Made by a program: the position numbers and the translations under genes. A stretch of 64,000 bases of DNA from Candidatus Omnitrophota bacterium (lineage in GTDB: Bacteria > Omnitrophota > Gorgyraeia > Duberdicusellales > 4484-171). The notes beneath the pieces were generated by a model. That model did not search any database. It was given only the letters and a program-made list of their open reading frames with translations, and was not told the origin of the DNA. Every line of letters begins with the position of its first letter. The first letter of the stretch is position 1. This document shows, one piece after another, positions 26,876 through 36,459 of the stretch. The stretch lies in contig PMCS01000029.1 of the NCBI GenBank assembly GCA_003154195.1, forward strand, positions 24,142-88,141. The letters run 5' to 3'.

Positions 26876-28006
26876 CTATGGTCTACGCACATCTGCTAAT
26901 AATCTGCTTGCCGCAATCCCTAAAATCACCAATGCCGCCGCCGTAATCCCGAAATGCGTTTTAAAACCAAAATAAAGAATCAAAACATTCGCCGCCAGCG
27001 CCCCCAGGCCGCCGGAAATAAACCGCACCGAGCTATTTAAGCTGGCGGCTTCGTTAACGAATTTCTTCGGCAAATCCGTAAGCAATGCCGAGACGCCGGC
27101 GTGATTAAACGTCCAGCCCATACCCCATATTATCATAATCACCGAAAGAATATATACCGGCGATTTAAAAAATAAAGCGGCAAGCGAAACAACCATAAGA
27201 AACAAGCCCCACTCCATCGTCTTAAGCCGGCCGGACTTGTCGGCCAGCTTTCCGCCGAAGATTTCGCCGAAAACCCCGCTTAGGCTGGTAAGGGTAACCA
27301 GCATGCTGATCGTAAACTGGTTCAGGAAAAAACTTTTAGAGAAATAAACCGCGAACCACTGCTGCGCGCCATGGTAAAGCAGGCTGATAAAAAATATATA
27401 GGTAAAAATAGCCAATACCCGCTTGTCCCGGAACGCATCTAAATAATTTACTTTAAAACCGCTTTCTTGTTTAAAGCTCGGCAGATACATCCAGACATGA
27501 ATCCAAAGAAGTATCCCGAAAATTCCGGGTATCCAAAAAATCATCCGCCAATGCACGATGCCGCTTAAAAATAAACCCAACAGCGACGACGCGTAACTTG
27601 CGGCAAAAAATTTGCCGATGGTTCTGCCTCGCGCTTTCTCTTCGACATGGTTAGCGATGAGGATAAGGACCAAAGGCGTGACCGAAGCGCCAAATAGCCC
27701 CAAAAACAAACGCGCCCAGAACAGAACATCGATATTCCAAGCAATCGCCGCCAGGATATTCGCCAGAGAAAAAAAGAACAAACAGAATAACTCTATTTTC
27801 TTAATATCGAAACGCCGGGCCAACGGCCCGTATAAAAGAGCCGCCAAACCGTAAGGCAGCATATATATCCAGACCAGCTTTCCCGCGGAATATTGCGAAA
27901 CGCCGAAACAAGCGGCAATCGAAGGAAGCAGGGCGGCACAAGCCGCCACGTTAAAAGAAAGAACCGCGCCCTCAAGGCAAAGCAACACAAACGTCGTTCT
28001 GGTCAT
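26876..28006 (-). CDS. MFS transporter
   Basis: There are twelve predicted TM helices, and a D/R-rich loop between TM2 and TM3 (GPLARRFDIKK). Confidence 0.75.
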   Translation of the reverse strand: MTRTTFVLLCLEGAVLSFNVAACAALLPSIAACFGVSQYSAGKLVWIYMLPYGLAALLYGPLARRFDIKKIELFCLFFFSLANILAAIAWNIDVLFWARLFLGLFGASVTPLVLILIANHVEEKARGRTIGKFFAASYASSLLGLFLSGIVHWRMIFWIPGIFGILLWIHVWMYLPSFKQESGFKVNYLDAFRDKRVLAIFTYIFFISLLYHGAQQWFAVYFSKSFFLNQFTISMLVTLTSLSGVFGEIFGGKLADKSGRLKTMEWGLFLMVVSLAALFFKSPVYILSVIMIIWGMGWTFNHAGVSALLTDLPKKFVNEAASLNSSVRFISGGLGALAANVLILYFGFKTHFGITAAALVILGIAASRLLADVRRP

Positions 28007-28069
28007 TAATTTCTTTGATTATAAACCGAAAACCAATTCATCTTAAAATTATCATTTATCATTTTAAGC

Positions 28070-28432
28070 TTAATCCAAAACCGTTTCGTCAACCGCTCGC
28101 CAGGCCGGATCTACGATACATAAAAATTTTAACATCTTTTTCCCGGTATTTTTTATGCACTGAACCACCTCAGGCGGGATGTAGATAACGCTATCGGGAA
28201 AAACTTTCTTTTGTTCATTATCGATATACATAATCCCCGCTCCCTCAAGGATGTAATATACTTCCGATGTTTTCAGGCTATGCCGGACGGTAGTCTTACC
28301 GGGTTTTACCTGGGCGTAAGCTAAACTATAACGCAGGCTCAAACCAGCCTTGGCCGGGTGTAAAAGTTCCCTTAAAACACACTGGTCTCCCGCAGTAAAT
28401 TTTTTGCACTCTTTTAAACGTCTGATAAACAT
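28070..28432 (-). CDS. cupin-domain protein
   Basis: The 120-aa protein has two beta-motifs (VKPGKTTVRHSLKTSEVYYILEGAGIMYI and VIYIPPEVVQCIKNTGKK) typical of a small cupin barrel. Confidence 0.6.
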   Translation of the reverse strand: MFIRRLKECKKFTAGDQCVLRELLHPAKAGLSLRYSLAYAQVKPGKTTVRHSLKTSEVYYILEGAGIMYIDNEQKKVFPDSVIYIPPEVVQCIKNTGKKMLKFLCIVDPAWRAVDETVLD

Positions 28433-28665
28433 AACTTTTTTATGTTAAACCGCTCCGGCCAATTTATTTTTTGCTCTCTATTTCTTTCTTTTTGTTTCTC
28501 TCGTCCCACGTCCCAGCGGCTGCTGCCGCGGGACACCCCCCATCCTTCGGCCTTTTTCCTTATCCCTTCCCTCATCCTCGCCATCTCGTCACCTTTGGTG
28601 ACGGATGGCGAGGTCTCGCCAATTTGTTAACCAAATTGGCGGACTTCATCTCTCAATATCTCCCC

Positions 28666-30345
28666 TCACCCTTGCGCCTGGGCGAACATCTCCTGGGCAT
28701 GTTTAAGCGATACTCCGCTTTCGTGGCTGCCGCCCATCATCTGGGCTAATTCTTTTATCCTGGCTTCGCCGTTCAACGCTTCGATTCCGGTAACGGTGCG
28801 ACCGGCCTTAACCTTTTTAAATACTTTGTAATGAACGCCGGCAAAAGAAGCGATTTGCGCCAAATGGGTGATTACTAAAACCTGCCGGACACGGCTTAAC
28901 TCTTTTAGTTTCCCCCCGGTAACCAGTCCAAGCCGGCCGCCGATCTGGGCGTCGATTTCGTCAAAAATCAATACCGGGACAGAATCGGCTTTAATCAAAG
29001 CTTTTTTTAACGCCAACATCACCCTCGCCGATTCGCCCGAGGAAATAATATCCGCCAGAGGCTTTAACGGCTCGCCGGGGTTAGGGCTGATATAAAATTC
29101 CACGTCATCGAAACCGTCATCTTTAAAATCGGCCCGCGTCATCCGGCAATCAAACAAAACTTTCGTAAAACCGAGTTCGAGCAACTCTTTTTCGATGGTT
29201 TTTTTCAGAATCTTGGCGGCTTTGGCGCGCTTATCGCTAAGCTGGCCGGCAATCGCGGTCAGCTTTTCTTCTAATTGGGCGATGTCGTCACGAATTTGGC
29301 GGTCGTTATGTTCGAAATCGTTTAAAAAATAGAAGCGTTCCCGGGCTTTCTGGAAAAATAACGCCGCGTCTTCGATTTTCGGGCCGAATTTACGCAGAGC
29401 ATCGGCGTAGCTATCGCATAGTTCATTGATCTTAGCGGCGCGCTCCGGATCAAACTCTAAACTATTTATATACTCCTGCAATTTGTTCAATACGCTGTCG
29501 GCTGCTTCCTGCGCCGCGCCGAGTTCCTGCGACAGCGAAGCAGTCGATTCGTCGATGCGGTTAAGTTTTTTCATCAACGCCGAAACCTTCATCAGGCCGG
29601 CAGTAACCGAGATATCGCCTTCCTGGAGAAGATTAATCATCTCACCCACGCAGCCGCTTAATTCCTGCGTATTATTTATACGCGCCTGCTGGGAAAGATA
29701 TTCTTCATATCTGGCGGGATTCAACTCTAAGGGTGATAATTCTTTGATCTGGTGGCCAAGCAGGTCGAGTTCGCGTTCGCGCGTTCGCGCGTCATTTTGC
29801 ATCCCGGCCAGTTTAGCTTTTAAAACGGTGCGCCGGGAAAAAATATCTTTGTATTCGGCAAGCAATCCGTCAATGCCGCTTAAACTATCGAGCATGCCGA
29901 TATGAGATTCTTGGGAAAGTAATGCCTGGTGGTCGTGAGGGCCGTGGAAATCTACCAGTTTATCGCCGATGGCTTTAAGTTGAGCCAGCGTAACCGCCAG
30001 GCCGTTGATTTTAATCTTCCCTTTACCATCGGCAGTAAAAATACGGTTGATCATCAACTCATTCTCCGCGGTCAAAAACTCTCTGACGTTTTCGTTGGCA
30101 TTCAGAAAATCGGCGGATAGTTGGAAAACCGCTTCCAGCACGCAAGGGACAGACGTATCGCGCACCTGCGAAGAATCGATACGCTCGCCTAAGGCGATAC
30201 GCAGCGCGTCGATGATAATCGACTTACCCGCGCCGGTCTCCCCGCTGATCGCGTTAAAACCGGATTCAAAATCAACGGACAAGTCTTCAATCAGAGCGAA
30301 ATTTTTAATCGTAATCGAAGTAAGCATAGCTAAATCTCTATTCAC
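28666..30345 (-). CDS. recN: DNA repair protein RecN
   Basis: MLTSITIKNFALIEDLSVDFESGFNAISGETGAGKSIIIDAL is the Walker A region, with a long coiled-coil centre and a C-terminal signature/Walker B region (VLIFDEIDAQIGG). Two hairpin terminators lie downstream at 28574..28643. The start overlaps the upstream gene's stop by 4 nt. Confidence 0.85.
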   Translation of the reverse strand: MNRDLAMLTSITIKNFALIEDLSVDFESGFNAISGETGAGKSIIIDALRIALGERIDSSQVRDTSVPCVLEAVFQLSADFLNANENVREFLTAENELMINRIFTADGKGKIKINGLAVTLAQLKAIGDKLVDFHGPHDHQALLSQESHIGMLDSLSGIDGLLAEYKDIFSRRTVLKAKLAGMQNDARTRERELDLLGHQIKELSPLELNPARYEEYLSQQARINNTQELSGCVGEMINLLQEGDISVTAGLMKVSALMKKLNRIDESTASLSQELGAAQEAADSVLNKLQEYINSLEFDPERAAKINELCDSYADALRKFGPKIEDAALFFQKARERFYFLNDFEHNDRQIRDDIAQLEEKLTAIAGQLSDKRAKAAKILKKTIEKELLELGFTKVLFDCRMTRADFKDDGFDDVEFYISPNPGEPLKPLADIISSGESARVMLALKKALIKADSVPVLIFDEIDAQIGGRLGLVTGGKLKELSRVRQVLVITHLAQIASFAGVHYKVFKKVKAGRTVTGIEALNGEARIKELAQMMGGSHESGVSLKHAQEMFAQAQG

Positions 30346-31163
30346 TTCAATTGTCCTTGCGTCACATAGGAAACGATATGGGTGGAACCCAGGCCGGTTT
30401 CCAGGCCTTCATATTTAATCCATTGATAAGGCGGCTCCTGGCGGTACCAGAGATAAGTCGGCGGCACGATTAATTTGGAAAGGCCGGTTAACAGCCCTAA
30501 ATTGGGGATTATTCTTATTTTTACCGCGCTGATGACCTTACCGTCGTCCAATTTTATTTCTTCTACGCCGATTATTTTAATATCGATTTTATAAAGCTCC
30601 GGTTCGTTGGTAACCAGATAAAACCTGCGGTAACTTTTATCGTCCCGGCGCGCGATAAAGGCCGTCAGAAAATATATCATCGTGCTATCGTCGGTCATTT
30701 GCTCTTTTAGCCTAAAAATCTTTTCGCTTATCTTTTTCCCTTTACCATCCAGGGCACGATAGTGTACGGTTCGCTTTTCATAGTCGAAAACTTTGCTATA
30801 TTCGATTATTGTTTTTCCGCCCTCATCTTTAATCACGCGGCGCGACTCGATAAGATACAATAAACCTTCTTTTTCTTCCATCCGCGCCTGAATATTCCAG
30901 CTTATATTTTCATATTTATCGTAATTACCTTTGCCCTGTTCCGTCATGTCGTAGAATACCCGGCCGCCTTCTTCCCGCCGCGAAAAAGACGATTCGAATT
31001 CAGAGCGCGGGGCTGAATCTTTCTTGTAAACATAAACGCCTCTTACGGTATGCCGGGTATCCCCTGGGACGGAGGCTTGCACGCCCGGAGCTGACGGAAC
31101 AGCAAACACCGCCGCCACAAAGAACAATACCATCAATTTTAACGATAAAGAATGCTGGTTCAT
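30342..31163 (-). CDS. hypothetical secreted protein
   Basis: A signal peptide is present (MVLFFVAAVFAVPSAPGVQA). No family was recognised. Confidence 0.5.
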   Translation of the reverse strand: MNQHSLSLKLMVLFFVAAVFAVPSAPGVQASVPGDTRHTVRGVYVYKKDSAPRSEFESSFSRREEGGRVFYDMTEQGKGNYDKYENISWNIQARMEEKEGLLYLIESRRVIKDEGGKTIIEYSKVFDYEKRTVHYRALDGKGKKISEKIFRLKEQMTDDSTMIYFLTAFIARRDDKSYRRFYLVTNEPELYKIDIKIIGVEEIKLDDGKVISAVKIRIIPNLGLLTGLSKLIVPPTYLWYRQEPPYQWIKYEGLETGLGSTHIVSYVTQGQLK

Positions 31164-31190
31164 ATCGGTTACGGATAGAAAATCGGTAAT

Positions 31191-31634
31191 TTATTCAGAA
31201 ACGCAGTTGTTTCCTTCGTGGTGCCAGCTTTCGACGGTACCGTTGGTATTTATTACAAAACTGGTCTTGCAGTATAATTTGTATTGCTCGACCGGCGAAG
31301 TCTGCGTCACATACTGGGTGGATATCCCGCTGTATGGTTTATCGCCGATAACGCCGGAGTGAGAGACTGTCCGCTCCTCCACAAAGGTATCGCCGCCGGT
31401 TTGAACCAAATCTTTACGCGCGTATTCCACCGCTTTTTTACCACTATCCAAGCGGTATTCCTTGCGCGGAACGCCCCAGGAAGCTATCAAAGAACCTTCG
31501 CTTTGGCCGATAAAAGTATTCAAGCGCGCTTCGTATTTTGCGACCGTCGCGCAACCGCTTGATAAAAGAATCATAGCGGCAAAAATAAATACCAATTGCC
31601 TTTTATTCATTAACCGCACCATATTTAGTGTCAA
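31191..31634 (-). CDS. hypothetical lipoprotein
   Basis: MNKRQLVFIFAAMILLSSGC is a lipobox. A nearer start at 31610 is likely. Confidence 0.5.
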   Translation of the reverse strand: MTLNMVRLMNKRQLVFIFAAMILLSSGCATVAKYEARLNTFIGQSEGSLIASWGVPRKEYRLDSGKKAVEYARKDLVQTGGDTFVEERTVSHSGVIGDKPYSGISTQYVTQTSPVEQYKLYCKTSFVINTNGTVESWHHEGNNCVSE

Positions 31635-31705
31635 AGCGTCAGAGCGTCAAGGTGTCGGAGGGATTTAACTTTGACACTTTGATACTATGACACTCTGACA
31701 CTATT
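31628..31705. repeat. palindromic intergenic repeat, family B (GTCAGAGCGTCA / TGACACTCTGAC arms)
   Basis: GTGTCAAAGCGTCAGAGCGTCAAGGTGTC...GACACTTTGATACTATGACACTCTGACAC has homologous copies at 39280..39368 and 45128..45190. Confidence 0.65.
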
Positions 31706-31722
31706 AATAATCTTACCTTTTT

Positions 31723-32829
31723 TCAGCGAGGGCCGTCCAACTCTCCGAATATCTCCATGGTTTTCCGGGCCGCTTCTGACCAGCTGAACTCATTAACCCG
31801 CCCAAGCGCGCGCTGTTTTAATAATTTTTTTAAATGCTCGTCTTTAATGATCCGCAGCATTGCCCAGGCGATGGCCGGATAACTATAAGGATCTACCAGC
31901 ATCGCGGCTTCGGCGGCGATTTCCGCGGTCGAAGAAACGTTGGAAGTAACCACCGGCAGGCCGAAGGAGAAAGCTTCTAAGATGGGCAGACCCGCTCCTT
32001 CGTAAAAAGAAGGGTAAACAAACATCTCCGCTCTCGTGTACAAACTTTTAAGCTCGCTGCGGCTTACGTAACCGGTAAAAATTATTTCTTTTTCCAATTC
32101 CCGATCTTTAACCAGAGAAAAAATATCTTCGCACCCCCAGCCTTTCATCCCGCAAACGACCAGCCGATGCGCGACTTTAAAATCTTTTTTCAAGATTCCG
32201 AATGCCCTGATCAGCCCTTCAACGTTTTTTCTCGGCTCGATCGTCCCCACATATAAAATATAGGGCAGAGTGACTTTAAGTTTTTTGTTTAATTCTTTTT
32301 CGCTTAAAATTTTTATTTTCGCCGCCGCGATATCGGTGTTTACTCCCGGATAGACCAGCCTGATCTTAGCCTTATCGACTTCATAGAAACGCGCCAGATC
32401 CTTCGCCGTAGTCTGCGAATCGACGATTATCCTGTCCGCGAGCGGCAAAACTTTTTTTAGGCTTTCGTCAATATCCTTAACCGTCTTCATGGCATGAGCC
32501 AGCGGATAAGCTTTTTGAATAACATCATGGACGACCAGGACCAGCCGGCATTGCTGCGGTTTGGATAAATCATAGCTGGAGGTGTGCAGAACGTGCGCTT
32601 TTTTGAGTAAGGCGGCGGGATTTGTCTTAAACCGGTTTACCAGATGCGTAAAATTCTTCGCGGGCAATTTCGGCAGTTTCTTATCGCGGCTGAAAATTCC
32701 TTTTTGGCTGTAAAGAAAATAATTATCTTTTTTGTCGGCCTCCGCTAAATGTTGGATTAAATTAAGCGTATAATAGCCGATGCCGGTTTTCTGCTTCAAG
32801 GTCGAGCGGATATCGATGGCAATATTCAT
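31723..32829 (-). CDS. GT4-family glycosyltransferase
   Basis: The C-terminal EGAGLPILEAFSFGLPVVTSNVSSTAEI matches the GT4 (E-x7-E) retaining glycosyltransferase motif. Confidence 0.8.
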   Translation of the reverse strand: MNIAIDIRSTLKQKTGIGYYTLNLIQHLAEADKKDNYFLYSQKGIFSRDKKLPKLPAKNFTHLVNRFKTNPAALLKKAHVLHTSSYDLSKPQQCRLVLVVHDVIQKAYPLAHAMKTVKDIDESLKKVLPLADRIIVDSQTTAKDLARFYEVDKAKIRLVYPGVNTDIAAAKIKILSEKELNKKLKVTLPYILYVGTIEPRKNVEGLIRAFGILKKDFKVAHRLVVCGMKGWGCEDIFSLVKDRELEKEIIFTGYVSRSELKSLYTRAEMFVYPSFYEGAGLPILEAFSFGLPVVTSNVSSTAEIAAEAAMLVDPYSYPAIAWAMLRIIKDEHLKKLLKQRALGRVNEFSWSEAARKTMEIFGELDGPR

Positions 32830-32932
32830 ATTTATTTTTTGCAGGGTTTATTTTAAATCACGGTAATCAAACTCACATGGTTTCTTCGGGACGAACTAAT
32901 TAGTTTTCGTTGAAGGTCTTTTTCAGCGAAAA

Positions 32933-33691
32933 CTAATTAGCGTGCCTTATCGTTATTAATCCTATGTTAGTATAAATTTTAGCGGTCAAAATTATTTTTT
33001 TTGGTTTATCGAGAATCCAGAGTTCAAATTTCGAAGAATGGCGTAAGCTTTTATCGCGCCGCGCCACGCTGCCTTTCAGCAAATATACATCAAAAATATT
33101 TTTTCCGATTTGAAGCTGACGTTTTTCCATAACGTTGGCCAAAAGCCGGTAATTTTTTTGGCTGGTATTAATATTCATATCAAAAGCCTTCCCCAGCGTT
33201 AAATCCTGGTTCATTATGCGCAACATCGCCGAAAGGGGATCGTAAGTATTGGGCAAAATTACTCTTTTTTTATTATTTATCTCCATAACCTGGTTTTTCT
33301 GGTCATAAAGAATTATCTTTTCGTCTTTGGTTTTTCCCGAAATAATCAATTCCTGCCGGAATTTCAACGGGCACAACGAATGCCGGTCAATAAAACTATC
33401 GGCGTTGGCGGTTATTTTATAAAAATAATCGGCTAATTTATTAGGTTTAACCCGCGCACTTAAATGGTAGACTCGATCGGGCCCGAAATCTTCCAGCCCT
33501 TTATTTATAATAACCGCTTCGCCTAAAGATATAAAACCTGCGTAGCTGATTTTAAACGTTATCGTTGCCGGATTGCCGCCGGGGCCAAGCTTGCTTAAAA
33601 TAACCCTCAAATCATTGGCGTATGTCCCGGCTACGAAGCCAGCGATTATTGCCACAATAAGTAATACCGCTAGCAACTTGATAATTTTCAC
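32933..33691 (-). CDS. hypothetical membrane-anchored protein
   Basis: There is an N-terminal TM anchor (KIIKLLAVLLIVAIIAGFVAG). No family was recognised. Confidence 0.45.
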   Translation of the reverse strand: MKIIKLLAVLLIVAIIAGFVAGTYANDLRVILSKLGPGGNPATITFKISYAGFISLGEAVIINKGLEDFGPDRVYHLSARVKPNKLADYFYKITANADSFIDRHSLCPLKFRQELIISGKTKDEKIILYDQKNQVMEINNKKRVILPNTYDPLSAMLRIMNQDLTLGKAFDMNINTSQKNYRLLANVMEKRQLQIGKNIFDVYLLKGSVARRDKSLRHSSKFELWILDKPKKIILTAKIYTNIGLITIRHAN

Positions 33692-33766
33692 CTGTTTACC
33701 TCCTTATTAAGCTATATCTCATTGCCGTCATTTTAACCCAAAAAATGAATTTTACCAAATGCATTT

Positions 33767-34438
33767 TTATTCAGGCTTCTTCATAACCATAAAAGTAGCC
33801 GCCAAAATAAAAATAATATAGAAGACTTCTAAACCAAGAAAAAAGGGATGCGCTAAAAAATAATAATTAATTTTTTCGAGCGACAAACATCTTACCGCCG
33901 CAAGAGGCCACTGGTGCCAAAGAATCCTGGGAAAAGACGCCAAAAGAACCGCCGCTAAATATTTTTTGAAAGAAAAGGCGCTTAACCCAAACCCGACATC
34001 CAAGACACGGAAAGGGATCAAAGGATTGGCGCGCAGTACCAATGCGGCCGGCCAATTTAAATTCCCGGCTTTTTCATAGATATTTTTAAATCTTGTCCCG
34101 ATTTTTTCCTGGACGAAATCGCGGCCCAAATTTCTGCTTAACTTAAAAAAAATACAGGCATTTACGCTTTCGGAAAGAAAAATAAGAAAAGTACTGAAAA
34201 TACCGCCGAATAATAGCGCGCCGACGATCTTCAGCGCGTCTTTCAGTCCCCAGATAAAAAATGTGCCGGCGATGTACAAGAGGACAAATACCGCGGCGGC
34301 CGGGCCGAGCGGTATTTTTTTAAGAAACTCGTCGACTTTCTGCGTATCTACCCGCAAAAGGATACCGGCAATAACGATAGCGGTGATAAAAAAAACAAAC
34401 CATGAAAATCGGCGCAACGAACCGGAAATTTTATCCAT
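33767..34438 (-). CDS. TVP38/TMEM64 (DedA/VTT-domain) family membrane protein
   Basis: The polytopic membrane protein carries LLFGGIFSTFLIFLSESVNACIFFKLSRNLGRDF and PLIPFRVLDVGFGLS motifs typical of the VTT domain. Confidence 0.6.
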   Translation of the reverse strand: MDKISGSLRRFSWFVFFITAIVIAGILLRVDTQKVDEFLKKIPLGPAAAVFVLLYIAGTFFIWGLKDALKIVGALLFGGIFSTFLIFLSESVNACIFFKLSRNLGRDFVQEKIGTRFKNIYEKAGNLNWPAALVLRANPLIPFRVLDVGFGLSAFSFKKYLAAVLLASFPRILWHQWPLAAVRCLSLEKINYYFLAHPFFLGLEVFYIIFILAATFMVMKKPE

Positions 34439-34673
34439 AAAATTATGAATTGTAAATTCCCTTCGGTTATTTTAGCCACGGATTAACACTGATTATCACG
34501 GATAAACAATGTATTTGTTAAGTTCTTTGAATAAAATTTAAAAACTAAGCATGTTGTTTTTAAATTCTAAAGTATGTTTTTATTCAAATCCGTGTTTCAT
34601 CCGTGTCAATCAGTGGCTAAAAATGAAGCTCCACAGCCTCACCGCCGCGGTATCTTCTATTTAAGGATTCCGC

Positions 34674-35717
34674 TTAAGTGGAGCGGAATCCCTGGTTTGG
34701 CTTTTCAAATTTTGCCTTCAACTGGCCGCAGGCGGCGTTGATATCGCCCCCGCGGGATTTGCGCAGAAAATAGAAAATACCGCGCTTTTTTAATTCCTGC
34801 GTAAACTCAACAATCGCTTCATCGGGGGACGGCTCAAACCCTTCAAAAGAACTATTACAATTGATAAGGTTGACTTTCGCGTCGAACCCTTTGATGAGTT
34901 TGCCTAACGCCGCGGCGTCCCGGAGTGAATCATTAAATCCTTTAATCAACGCGTATTCGAACATAACGGAGCGTTTTTGCCCCAGGGAAAATTCTTTCAC
35001 CACGGCGATAAGTTCTTTCAGGGGGTATTTTTTATTAACCGGCATGATTTTTGTCCGCGTGCCGTCTTCGGCGGCATGCAAAGAAACAGATAATTTTACT
35101 CCTAAACTCGCGGCAGCAAACTCTCTGATCCCGGGAATAATCCCCGAGGTAGAAACGCAAATTTTATTCTTGCCGAACCCTAACCCTTTGGGTTCCAAAA
35201 ATATTTGGATTGCCTTAATAAGATTGGGCAAATTATCCAGCGGTTCGCCAATCCCCATAAAAACAATATTGGTGACCTTCGAGTTTAAATCTTTGCTCAC
35301 GGATAAATACTGATTTATAATTTCGCTTGCGGCAAGATTTCTCTGGAAACCATCCCGGCCGCTGGCGCAAAATTTGCAAGCATATTTACACCCGACTTGA
35401 GTAGAAAGGCAGAGCGTAAATCTTTCTCTTTCGGGGATATACACCGATTCGATTGCCGCGCCGTCACTAAGCCCAAATAAAAATTTAACCGTCCCGTCGG
35501 ATGATTCCTCTTTTTTCAATGATTTAAGCCTGGGGAAGAAAAAATTATCTTCTAAAAATTTGCGGGCGTCTTTAGAAACATTGGTCATCAAAATAAAGTC
35601 TTCGAGACGCCTTCGGTAAATCCAATTAAAAACCTGTTGGGCCAGAAAACGAGGGTAATCAGCGGCCTGGCAAAATTTTGTTAACTCTTCTAAGGTATAG
35701 TTATAGATATCTTCCAT
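34674..35717 (-). CDS. rlmN: radical SAM 23S rRNA (adenine2503-C2) methyltransferase RlmN/Cfr family
   Basis: CKYACKFCASG (CxxxCxxC) and GIGEPLDN are present, with conserved cysteines at the expected C-terminal positions. A hairpin terminator overlaps the stop. Confidence 0.85.
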   Translation of the reverse strand: MEDIYNYTLEELTKFCQAADYPRFLAQQVFNWIYRRRLEDFILMTNVSKDARKFLEDNFFFPRLKSLKKEESSDGTVKFLFGLSDGAAIESVYIPERERFTLCLSTQVGCKYACKFCASGRDGFQRNLAASEIINQYLSVSKDLNSKVTNIVFMGIGEPLDNLPNLIKAIQIFLEPKGLGFGKNKICVSTSGIIPGIREFAAASLGVKLSVSLHAAEDGTRTKIMPVNKKYPLKELIAVVKEFSLGQKRSVMFEYALIKGFNDSLRDAAALGKLIKGFDAKVNLINCNSSFEGFEPSPDEAIVEFTQELKKRGIFYFLRKSRGGDINAACGQLKAKFEKPNQGFRST

Positions 35718-35948
35718 TCATCCCAGGTTAATTAATGAGACTTCACCGATAATGAAACTTGCCAGGTATTCCGGGCTTAGTTGGATTATCAAACCCAAAG
35801 GGCGCAGATTGAGGCGGTAGTCGAATTACCCAGCACTAATTTTGTTACGACAAAATTAGTGCTGGGTAATACTAGGCCCACCGACGAAGTCGGTGATAAT
35901 TCACTTTTACAGCTGGCCGGCGATCCTGCCGGCGCCCCGCCGAAAAAA

Positions 35949-36446
35949 TTAAAAGGAAAGGTATTTAGGAGTGTTATCTTCCAGATTAATCAGCTCCGCG
36001 CGGGAAGCGCTGATATTAGCCACTCGATAATTGTCAATCTGATCTTTTTCTTTTAGAACTTTCCCGTTGATTATTACCAGAGGAACGGCGCCGTTATTAT
36101 CGTAGATTATCCCTTCCAGCACATACTTATTAGGCGCGTAGGTTTTATCGGGGACGATGATTCTCTTTGCCGCCGGCTTAGAGCTTCGCGCCGAAGAATT
36201 TTTTTTGTTCGCCGAAGCAAGTTCAGGGCTTAATTTAGCTAAAAGATTGGTTACGGTTTCTTTGCTTACATAACGCCGGCCTAAAAAATAAAGCGCGCCG
36301 CAGATTACCAAAAATAATAAAATTACAATCGCCGCATTTTTACCTTTACCCTGCGGTTTATTATCATTTTTTCCGTTATCCTGATTTTCCTTATCTCCGT
36401 CTTTATCCGGCTTATTTAACGCATCGTAAATTACACTCATACTCAT
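35949..36446 (-). CDS. hypothetical membrane-anchored protein adjacent to the ExeA-like ATPase (possible GspB/MshN-like partner)
   Basis: It has a lysine/aspartate-rich N-terminus, one TM helix (AAIVILLFLVICGALYFL) and a small C-terminal domain. It lies immediately downstream of the ExeA-like gene with a 13-nt gap. Confidence 0.4.
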   Translation of the reverse strand: MSMSVIYDALNKPDKDGDKENQDNGKNDNKPQGKGKNAAIVILLFLVICGALYFLGRRYVSKETVTNLLAKLSPELASANKKNSSARSSKPAAKRIIVPDKTYAPNKYVLEGIIYDNNGAVPLVIINGKVLKEKDQIDNYRVANISASRAELINLEDNTPKYLSF

Positions 36447-36459
36447 CTCCCTTTTACGT

